In this document: in pieces, positions 12,603 to 22,520 of the stretch
Numbering within the stretch: position 1 is the stretch's first letter
How the letters are laid out: every line of letters starts with the position of its first letter
Assembly: GCA_000388065.2 (NCBI GenBank)
Contig: KB932209.1
Length of the DNA: 38,393 nt
Strand: one strand, 5' to 3'
Origin: Fonticula alba ATCC 38817
Lineage: Eukaryota > Protista > Nucleariida
Notes under the pieces: generated by a model
Seen by the model: the letters and a program-made list of their open reading frames with translations, nothing else
Told to the model about the DNA's origin: nothing
Databases searched by the model: none
Made by a program: the position numbers and the translations under genes

Positions 12603-13768
12603 ATGGGTCTCTCAACACATCTGGCTGGCTTGAATTGGCGGCTCATCAGCATGGGCACCATGGTCCTGCTGTTGCCGATCCTGATTTCCTACGAGGTGTG
12701 GATCATCTCTCTGCTCCACCCGAATTCCATCCTCTATCACCAGTCCACTCTACCATGGATTTTGATCTTGTGCGTCTGCTCTTCCCTTTGCCTCTCCCTC
12801 TCCCCAGTTCCGGTCTCTCTGGTTGTGTCGTCCCCCCCCCCCCCCTCCCCCTCCCCCGCTGACATAGTGTCATTCTCTGCGATTTGTTTCCGTCTATCTC
12901 CTCTCTTGACCCGATGCCCCCGGGCAACAGGCTTTTTGTGGTGGCTGTCAGTTTCTGCATGGTTATCCTCGGCATCGTCGGCATCAAGCTCCGTCGGGTG
13001 GTGTTCATTCGTGTGGTACGCTTGGCCTCTCACTGCCTCCTCCCTCCCCGCCTCCCAGACGAGACGCCCGAAAAGTAACCCCAGCCGCGCGCTTACCTCC
13101 CTCCCCCCCCCTCCCCTTCTGTCTCCCTCTTTGTTCCCCTCCCAGTACATCGGTACATTGATTGTCCTGATGTTGTCGATTTTCATCCTCTACTTCCAGG
13201 TGTTGATCATCAACATCTCGCTGCCGGTGGCCGTGCAGGCCCCCCTCAACCAGGGGACCGTCAACTGTTGGATCAATGGAACGATGCTGGGGGTGCCTCA
13301 TGGCGGCGAAAGCGCCAGCAGCGGCACCGGCGCGGGGATTTTGCTGGCCGATCTGCCCAGGCCGCAGATTCCATCGACGCCTGGCGCGTCGGTGGATCTG
13401 GATCTGGCCAACTGGCCGGGGATAGATCGCCACGGTGGCCCTTCTGCTGACAGTGCGCCCGGGCTGGCCCTCCATCATGCTGGCACCAGCGTGGCCCTCT
13501 TTTCGAGTGCTCCGGATGCCGGCCTTCTCGAGGACCTGATTGGCATTCTCAAGTCCGTCACCACGATCGGCATCCCGTTGGACCAGTGGGTGGACATGAA
13601 TGACCTGAATGACGCCGGCATGACGTACTCCACCTTCGTGGCCACGGTCAAAGAGTACTGTTCAAAGGCCCGATCCAGCCAGATCCTATTGATCATCATG
13701 TTTGGGGCCGTACTGCCGATTGTTGTCCTGGTGCGTCCAGTCGGCTGGCGGCCACACTGCCTCCCTCC

Positions 13769-13815
<47 letters not shown>

Positions 13816-15381
13816 CCCCTCCCCACAGTTGGCTCCCTATGCTTGTCATCCTGCACGTCTCCTTCGCACACGTCCACTCGCCCACCCACACACATGTACT
13901 GACGCACATCACAGGTCCCCTGTATATTCACGGCAATGGTGCATGTTCGACAGCTGGTCACCGAAACACAGGAGTACAACATTGATCTGCAGTCGGCCCC
14001 CTTCGGAGGCGAGCGACCAGACATGCTACAGCGCCAGCGTAAACTCCAGCGCATCGAGTTTCTCGAGCGCCTGGAGGGCGGCGACCTGGAGGCCAGTGAC
14101 CACCTGCTGGGAAGCGGGGCCGGTGCCAGTGTCGATCCCTTGCTCCTCTCGGGCGGGTCGGGGCCCGTCGGGGCTGGGTCCTCCTCCGGGCTGCTGCAAA
14201 CCCCCTCGCAATCGGCGAGCGGCGCGCTGTTGCACATGCACCAGCTTCACCACCACCATCAGCGAGGCGGTCAAGATTCCTCCCTGTCTTCCGGGGAGCT
14301 GGTGGATTTGGCATCGCCACGGCCCGGCTCGCCGACAAAGCAGCCGCTGTCGGTCATTTCGCCGGTGCTCCTCACTCGGTCGGCCAGTCACCGGCACCCG
14401 GGCGGGCACTCTGGCGGAGGCGGCGCCGGCATCGTCAGCGGTGGCGGCGGTGGTGGCGGCTTCGACTCGCCCGGGCTGGGAGGCAGTGATACGCTGAGCC
14501 TCGGCGGCGTCGGACCCTCCGAGCGGCCCTTCCCCCCGCGTGCCCCGAGCATGTACTCCATCGCCGAAAGCTACCGCGGTTTGGATTCGATCGGTGACCG
14601 ACCTGGGCCGCTGCTGGACCCTGCCGATGGGCATCTGTCGACCCTGGATGAGGGGGAGCTTTTGGACCTTGACGAGGAGGATGACGAGGAGGACGACGAG
14701 GAGGATGACGACGATGACCCGGAGCAGTCTCAGCACCGGGGCCAGCAGTTGCTTCGGTCGCCGGGGCTCGGCGTCCGTACGACCGGCGGCGTGGTGGGGG
14801 TTGGCGATGATCCCCTCGGATCGAGCGGATCCCTGCACCGGAGTGCCTCGTATGGCAGCCGTGGCCGGCGCAGCGTTTGGGACACGGATCCCAAGAGCCC
14901 GGGGCTGGGCGCCGGATCGGGGCCGGCCCCGGCTGTCACGAACTTCTCGGCCGATCCCGGTGAGTCATCTTCCTCCTCGTTGACCGGGCCGTCTTCTTCC
15001 TCCCGGCGGCCACTGCACCGGGCGGAGACCATGCGTTCGAGGCCCGGGGCTGGTGGTCCCTCTGCGGGGGGTGGGCTGTTTGGCCAGCCGCGTTATGGTG
15101 ATCTCCGCTCGCCGGTCGGGGAGAATGGAGGCATCAGCGAGGATGACGAGGAAGAGGAGGAGGAGGACGACGAGGAGGACGACTATGGGCCGTCCGGTGC
15201 CGCGGGCCGGCACCATTCCACTGGCCTGGCCACTGGGGCCTTCTCCTTCTCGCCGGGCTCGGCCGGGCGCGGTCCATCTTTCTTGCGGCCTTCCGCCTCT
15301 GGGGCCGCCTCCACACCGCCGCCACCGCCACTGGACAGCGATGAGGATGACACATTTGTCTATCATCCACCGCGGGCATAG
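12603..15381 (+). CDS. Uncharacterised four-TM membrane protein with tetraspanin-like topology and a long acidic disordered C-terminal tail
   Basis: ATG at 12603. Four exons join in frame (donors gtgcgt/gtacgc/gtgcgt). Four hydrophobic segments, a short KLRR loop between TM2 and TM3, and a ~150 aa TM3-TM4 loop with NIS/NGT sequons and 2 Cys. ~480 aa G/S/P/D/E-rich tail ending TAG at 15379-15381. An extra 5' exon in or near the gap 12302-12496 cannot be excluded. Confidence 0.75.
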
Positions 15382-16024
15382 AGAGCTCTGGTGTCCGCGC
15401 CCCCTGTCCCCCCTGGTTTCCTTGTATCCTCCCTCCGGCGGAAGTGCACCGCCCCCTTCCCCCTCCTGCTCCCTTTGCTGGGACCCTTGTTCTTGTGTCT
15501 ATTTGTATATATATATTTCCTTCTTTTCCTGGACATCTCCCCCCTTCCCCCCCCAGTCTCCTCCACTTCTCGCGGGACCTAGCGCGTCGCCATCGCCAAC
15601 CTGCGTCCCTGCCCTTCTGGCCTGCAACCGGTGTGAAGGGACCCTCCGGGCGTTTGGGCGCATGCCGACGCAGTCGCTTTCTTGCGTGTGGTTTTATCTC
15701 TCAGTCAATGTGTGCACGTCTCTCCCTCTCTCCCTCTCTCTCGGTCGCTCCCCCCTTCAGTGTCGATTATCTGGCAGCCAGCTGCGAGACTCGAGAGAGA
15801 GTTAACCCACGCGTCGAGAGGTCACACGGACATCTAGTTAAGGAGAAAGCTAAAGCCTGCCCCGGCCTGACCACCAGCCTGGAGGAGGCACCCACGCATC
15901 CTAGATCCGGGACAATTGGGCAGGCGGCCCCGGCTCGTTACTTCTTTTATTTTTCGCTAGAGCCCGCGCCCAACCGGAGGCGGGAGACCTTGTAATTGGA
16001 GGCGCCTGTGGGATGGGGCAGTGT

Positions 16025-16060
16025 GTGTCTGTGTCTGTGTCTGTGTCTGTGTCTGTGTGT
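16025..16060 (+). repeat. (GTGTCT)n microsatellite
   Basis: Read directly. Confidence 0.9.
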
Positions 16061-16571
16061 GCATACCTGTTCTTGTACAGGGGAGACCTTCGTATGGCCT
16101 GTTGTTTTGAATTCGCCACCTACCCCCGCTCGCTCGTATGAGCCCCAGGGGATGTTCAATGGGTGACCTAGGGCCTGCCGGAGGCAGGAGGGGGTAGTGC
16201 TCTCGAGTTTTAGCCCTGCCCTCTTCGGGGGGGGGGGGGGGCGTTTCAGAGACGACCCCTTTTTACGACGGCAGGGCCATTTTTTGGGGGCTGCCGTTGC
16301 CCGGGGCCTGGCCACCGGGGGGATCCCCTTGCTTGTCTGCAGCCAGCTCGGCCGGCGTTCGAGAGCTCCCTGGGCAGGGCTTTTGTGCGGTCTCGCGCGC
16401 ACCCGCCGGCGTGGGCGTCCTGCCGAGCGAGAATAGGGTCGGGCGTGCAGGACGACGAGGACTGCCGGCCCCGTAGGCTGGAGCCGTTTCCGGGCCCCCA
16501 GCCCGGCTTCGGGCTTCGGGGGTTGAGGGGAGAGCCAGTCTGAGATAAGGATGCTCCCGCGGTACTTGTGT

Positions 16572-16573
<2 letters not shown>

Positions 16574-16616
<43 letters not shown>

Positions 16617-16630
16617 TGTTGTTGTTGTTG
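16574..16630 (+). repeat. (CTG)n/(TTG)n trinucleotide repeat, intergenic
   Basis: ctgctg...ccgctgttgctgctgttgttgttgttg read directly. Confidence 0.95.
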
Positions 16631-17075
16631 GCACCAACAACATGTGCTTGGGCCGGTCAGGCCTCGCTCGGTCGCGCCTCGGTTGGTTGGCCCCCCCCCC
16701 CCGCCACACGGTCGGGCTGGCCAGTGCTCTTCCAGACTCTTCCACCGTTGTGGCTCGGCGCCGGGCACCTGGAATGCGTCAACCCCCGCGGCCAGGGACG
16801 ATGTCCATGGAATGCCGAGAAGCGCCCGCGGGGGGGCGGAACGCATACTGAGGACCCCGGCCTCTGGGCATTGTGCGAAGGAAGGGGCCTTTCACGCCCC
16901 TGTGCGCCTCTCTCGCGCTTCCTGGGTCTCCTCTTGGTGCGCCCCCAGTGTTCATGACTGCCCGTATGTTTTTGTACATACGACTATAGGGGTCGCCCGG
17001 CTCATCCTCTTTCGAATGTCGCGCCTGGATGGGGCCGCCGCATGCTCGGGATGCACATCCCTCGGTCCTTGGCGG

Positions 17076-17100
17076 NNNNNNNNNNNNNNNNNNNNNNNNN
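17076..17100. other. Assembly gap
   Basis: N run followed by poly-G. Confidence 1.
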
Positions 17101-17446
17101 GGGGGGGGCGGGGACAGCCGAGCGATGACACGTACTTCGGGACATCTCCCCTGAAGGCAGGAGAGGCCAGTCTGAGAGGGCGGCGGTCGCGCTGGTGTTT
17201 CCCCCGACTGTGAGTGGACAGGGTTCCCGTGTCCGGCGTGCGCCCCGCTGGCTTCCGGGCACAGCCTCCCAGGCCAATTCCCCCCCGCCCCCCCCCCCTC
17301 CTGGGGATGGTCGCGTCCGCCAGGGCGAAGACCACTATTTATACCCGCTTAAGTGGACCCAGTCAGGAGTCCGGGCGTCCAGCGCTGGGGCAGATACATT
17401 TTTGGATTCTCCTTCTTTGTTCCCCCCTCTTCAACACACTTTCATC

Positions 17447-18056
17447 ATGTCTTTCCAGGATCTCAACGGCACCTTCGTCCTCGACTCCGACAAGTCCGAC
17501 AACATGGAGGCCTTCCTCGAGGCCGTCGGCGTCGGCTGGATCAAGCGCAAGGTCCGCCCACACGCTGCCTGTGGTGCCGCCCCTGGCACTCTTTCGCCCC
17601 TTTCTCTGCCCGACTTGGCTGTCGAGTTACTCGCGCTGCTTCTGTCCCCCCGCCCCCGGCCCCCTTCCTGTGTGCTGACTCTGCTCCTTCCTGCCCCCCC
17701 CCCCCTCCCCCTCTCGTCTGGCGAAAACTCAGGCCATTGCCGCCCTCAGCCAGACCCTGGTCATCACCGCCACCGAGGAGTCCGTCACCATCGTCACCAA
17801 GACCACCATGGCTGACAACACCACCACCATTCCCATTGGTGCCGAGCCCGTCACCCTGGACGACCTGAGCGGCAACCCCGCCAAGTACACCGCTCGCTAC
17901 GAGGGTGCCACCCTGATCGTTGAGTCCACCAACGACGTCGGCACCATCACCATCAAGCGTACCGTTGTCGGCTCTGTCCTCGAGACCGCCATCGGCTTCG
18001 TCTCCGCCAACGGTGCCACCAAGATCGACATCAACCGCTACTTCAACAAGCAGTAA
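17447..18056 (+). CDS. FABP: Fatty-acid-binding protein-like (calycin/iLBP) protein, 2 exons, 142 aa
   Basis: Exons 17447-17551 and 17733-18056 (phase 0). N-terminal DLNGTFVLDSDKSDNMEAFLEAVGVGWIKRK resembles the FABP signature; TITIKR and terminal RYFNK match FABP beta-strands H and J. Strongly biased codon usage suggests high expression. Confidence 0.85.
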
Positions 18057-18409
18057 GAAGGTCCACCATGTGTATGCGTGCGTGCGAGTGAGCCAGCAGG
18101 AGTGCTCTCGCTGGCGCTGCCGCTCTCAGGTGTTCTGTCTCGGGCAAGAGAGATGGACGCGCACTGACAAGAGGCGGATATGTGGTGGTGGTGGTATCGG
18201 GCCAGCCCGCCTGCTCCTCCGCCGCGCCGCCCCCCTCCCCCTCCCCTTGTGTGCTTTTTCCTCTCTCCATGTCTTTATCTGTCCGTGCCCCCCCTCTCCA
18301 CGCGTGTGTCTCCTCCCGCATCCAAATAAAAACTCCCTTGAAGCTCTGGTCAGCTTTCCTTTCTACCGGCGCCGTGTGTGCCCTTCTCCGACCCCTTCGC
18401 CCGCGCGCT

Positions 18410-18447
<38 letters not shown>

Positions 18448-19282
18448 AGAGAGGGAAAGGGAGAGAGAGACCCCCGACAGGCGCGCCGCGCTTGGTCGTA
18501 TGCCGCCCTTTCCCCCCATCCCTGGCCCTGGAGCGGGGAGACTCCTGTTCCGGTGGTCTGTGCCCGGCTCCTGTGCCCGGTGGTAGGGGGATGGAATGTT
18601 CCAAAGACAGGAGGGGACAATGGGCAGGGACCCCGGCAGGGGCGGGAGAGGGCGGCCACATAATAACGGCGGTGAGCAGGAACAGGCCAACGTCGAGGGG
18701 CTCTTTCTCTCCCCCGCCGGGCGCGTATTGTTTTCTCAATCTCGCGTCCCGCATTTTTCGTGCCACCCCTCCACAGTTCCCAGAGCCTTCGCGCCATTTT
18801 TCTGGCGGCGGCAGGCCGTTAGCGTTTGGGATCACATGCTCATTATAGGTCACACGACGATGCACGATCTTTCCCGCCGTCGATGGTCCCGCCGGCCGGT
18901 GCCCAGCCGTGTCCCCCCCCCCCCCCACCGGCCAGCTGTTCCGAGCGGGGAGGACCCGGCGGCCTGTGTGTGGGGCAGGCGTGGAGGTCGGCCGGGCTTG
19001 AAGGTGACAACCGCCAGCCGCAGGGGAGCTAGATTGGCCCTTGTCCGGGGGGGGGGGGGGGGGGAATACTGGACGTTCTTACCCGCTGCCCGTGCCGTCG
19101 GGACGCGCACGTTGGCCCTTTTGTGCGACTCCCTGCTCGGTACAAGCCCCCTCCCAGCGCCTAAACATCTTCTCCACTGCCCCTTCCTCCCCTCGGCCTC
19201 CCTCTCGCCCCCCCCCCCTTTTGGTCTCCTCCCTCCTTCCTACACCTTCGCTCTTCTCTCCCCCCTCTGCCGAGCGCACGCC

Positions 19283-22145
19283 ATGAAGGCCTCCGCTAGC
19301 GAGCGGAAGCCGGTGCTGTCCCTGGCCACGGCGGTCGGCCCGACGGCCGCGCCAGGAAAGGCCTCACCCGGGACATCCAGCCAGTTGGCTGGCTCCGCCG
19401 CGGCTGGAGGCAAGCCGTCCCATGCCAAGGCCACCCCTGCGGAGCATGGATCCTCGACCGGCTCCTCGGCCAGCTCCTCGGCGTCCTCCTCTTCGAGCAC
19501 CCTTGCCCGATCGGGGCCACCGCCGTCGACGCCTCTGCCAGCCCCGATTCGGTCGCCGACTCTGGCATCGACATTGACCGTGGCCAGTCCATGGAACACC
19601 GAGCATGCGCGGGCCTTGCTAGTCGGCCAGCGTACCTCGGTCGCGGTCGGCCGCCGGGTGTGGTACTTTTTCGACGGTGCGCACATTCTGCCCTCCCCCC
19701 GGGCTCTGGCCGGGCAGCTCCTTTCATTGGTGGCCATTCTCCCCGCCCCATCTGGATGATGCGCCATTGGCTGACGGATCTCTCGTATTCCCCTTGGGAT
19801 GCTCGGGTTGTGGTCCTCTCTTCTTCCTCCTCCTTCTCTCTCTCCCCCCCCCCTGACACGCACACAGATGAATATGCCTGTCACTCCTTCGGCCGTGGGC
19901 ATCCTATTCAGCCCTTCCGGGCCCGCCTCACCCACCAGCTCCTCGTGCAGTACAGCCTCCTGCGCGAGTTCATCCTTTGTGTGCGTTTTCACCGACCCGC
20001 CCATCGCTCTCGGCCAATTGCCCTCTCCTCGACTCACGCGTCCTCCATCCTCTTTCCGCTGCCCTTTTTGTCCCCCCCCCCCCCTACAGGGCTCTTACAA
20101 CCGGGCGGCCTTCGCCGACCTGACGCGCTTCCACACCGATGACTATGTGTCATCGATTGCCTTGGCCGCGGCGGCCGCCATGGCCGACAGCACCGGATCC
20201 ATGGCGTCCTTGCGACGGAGTCGCGATGTGGCCAATGTGTGTGCGGCCTTTGGCATTGTGCCCGATGGCGATTGTCCGCCCTTCGACGGGATGGACACCT
20301 TTTGTTCGATCTACGCCGGGGGGTCGCTGGCCGGGGCGCGGGCCCTCAATGCTGGCGAGGCGGACGTCGCCATCAACTGGCTGGGGGGCTTTCCGCACGC
20401 GAATCCGGCCAATGCCTCCGGCGGGTCGTTCATCAATGACGTGGTGCTGGCCATCCTGGAGCTCCTGCGCAAGCACCAGCGTGTTCTCTTCATCAACCTG
20501 GACTCCTTCCACGCGGACGCGGTCGAATCGGCCTTCTACACGACGGACCGTGTGCTGACCATGTCCTTCCACCGGTACTGTGACCCGTCGGTGTCCCCGG
20601 CGCCGACCTTCTCCGCGGACATCGTCAACAGCGCGACTCCCAAGCCCGGCACTGCCGGTGCCCGGGCAGGTGCCACGCGAGCTGGTGGGGCTGGTCATGG
20701 CCGGAAGGCGGCCGCCGGCGGCGGTTCGACCGCAGCCTCCACCACACCGGCGACCCTGTCCAGCGTCAATGCCGCCGGAGCCAGCGCCATTGCTGCGGCG
20801 GTGCTCCACAATACAGCCTTCGGGCCGATCTTCCCCGGGACCGGGGCCCCGGGAGACACCGGCGCCCCGGGCCCCGGGCGCGGCCATGCCATTAACATTC
20901 CCCTCTGGGATGGGATTGACGACTCATATGCCGCGAGGCTGTTTACCGAGGTATGTGCCTGGCTGGATGCGGTTGCCTTTGACCTCGGGAGTCCTGCCTC
21001 CCCCCCCCCCCTCCCGTGTGCGAGGTTGTTTTTGACGCAGGTGCCCTGGATCCCCCCGCCCGCCCCCGACTTGCTGCGCAGTCCGTCCGACGGACGGTGG
21101 ATGCCTACCAGCCGAGCGCCATTGTCTTCCGGTGTTCCACCGGCGCCCTGGCTGGCGACCGGTTTGGCACCTTCGGCCTGACCTTGCAGGGTGCGTGAGG
21201 TGTTTCCTCGGTTCGGGCATGCCTGTCCTCGCCTTGCCTTGCCCACTCTGTCCTCACCTGGTTGCTATGTGCTTGGTCACCTCCGTTAGGCTACTCGCGG
21301 ATCTTGGATACGGTTCTCGATTTTGGCCTGCCCGTGCTGCTACTTGGCGGTGGGATGGCCTCCTCGGCGGCCGGGGTCAAGATGCAAGTGTGCTTGTCAG
21401 CCCGGGCGGCCGGGAGGCCATTGCAAATTGGCTCGGCCCTGCCACTGGTGGCCGCCGGCCGGGAGTACTTTGCCCCGGACTTCCGCATGTACATCGAGCC
21501 GCTGATTGGCGGGCATGCAGCCATTGCCGGGGCCCTGGCTGGCGCCTCGGCCGCGGCCCCATCCATCAGCCAGTCATCCAACATTGTCAGTAGCATCGGC
21601 GGTTTGGAGATGGCCGAAATCACGTCGCGTCTGTGCGTCCCNNNNNNNNNNNNNNNNNNNNNNNNNNNNNNNNNNNNNNNNNNNNNNNNNNNNNNNNNNN
21701 NNNNNNNNNNNNNNNNNNNNNNNNNNNNNNNNNNNNNNNNNNNNNNNNNNNNNNNNNNNNNNNNNNNNNNNNNNNNNNNNNCATACCCCGGTCCAGGGCT
21801 CTGTCCCCGCATGCTAATGTCCGGTCCTCCGCTGTTGCTGTCCCTTGGATGTCCCTCTTGCGCATCCGTAGTTCTCTCCTGGATGCGCAGCTGTCAATAG
21901 TCCGCGCGACGCGCCTGGCGCAAGATGCCCCGTTGGGGCAGAATGGCGCCCGCATGCGGGACGCCCTTGTGTGCTCGCCGCCTCCCGGGGGGGACACGCC
22001 GGCCGTTTCGCCGGGGTCGCGCCCGACCGCTGGCGACCGAGAGCCCGCGCCACGCGGCGCGGCCGGGCGGAAACGGCACAAGGCTGATTGCGCTGCTCGA
22101 CTATCGGGAGCGGCTCTCGCGCCGGGTGTGTCCTTCTATCTGTGA
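19283..22145 (+). CDS. Class I histone deacetylase homolog (Rpd3/HDAC1-like), predicted catalytically inactive
   Basis: Exons 19283-19676, 19868-19980, 20090-20950, 21082-21190, 21290-21632 and 21872 onward splice in frame. Motifs VWYFFD..FGRGHPIQPFRARLTHQL, RFHTDDY, GDCPPFDG, INDVVLAILELLRKHQRVL, AFYTTDRVLTMSFH, FPGTG, AINIPLWDGIDD, QPSAIV, GDRFG, EYFAPDF. Catalytic residues are substituted (see findings). The 3' end is uncertain: TGA at 22143-22145, or after one more intron TAG at 22517-22519. Confidence 0.9.
21642..21781. other. Assembly gap inside an intron of the HDAC-like gene
   Basis: N run between the donor gtgcgt at 21633 and the acceptor at 21870-21871. Confidence 0.95.
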
Positions 22146-22520
22146 AGGGCACCCGCCCTGCATCTGCATGTGTTCGCCCCCCCCCCCCCCCCCCGCCCCC
22201 CTTTCTTTCTTTTTCCTTCTCTTGCCCGGAGCCGTCTCATGCCCTCTTCCGCTTCCCCCTCCACTTGGGGGGATCCTCTTTGCCGTTTTGCTGAAGGGCA
22301 TTTCCCGATGCTTCGTGTGGCGAGAGGAAATACACCCGATCAGAATGTTTCCTTTTTTCTTCCCCTCTCCCCCCCCCCCTTGCATTGGGGATGCCTGGCA
22401 TGGCCATTACAGCCGCACGCTCGTGGATGGGCCGGCGCAACTCTATGGGTTTATTGTCTTCGGAGCAGGTTGATGCTGTGCCGGTGCCAGGACCAGGAGG
22501 GCGGGAGGCGAGGGGATAGG

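Noticed and set aside
10922-12862. 646-aa ORF spanning EMC6 and the gap
   Set aside because: It has a GTG start and reads through introns and Ns; only the 10939-11245 part is EMC6 coding sequence.
15947-16957. PolyQ ORF (-) and signal-peptide-like polyL ORF (+)
   Set aside because: Both are translations of the same CTG/TTG microsatellite, with no domain or convincing exon structure.
16978-16991. T7-promoter-like atacgactataggg
   Set aside because: It lacks the central CAC and has no flanking vector sequence; a chance match.
19283-22145. Calling the HDAC homolog a pseudogene
   Set aside because: No frameshift or premature stop, six in-phase canonical exons, and selective retention of structural motifs favour a pseudoenzyme.
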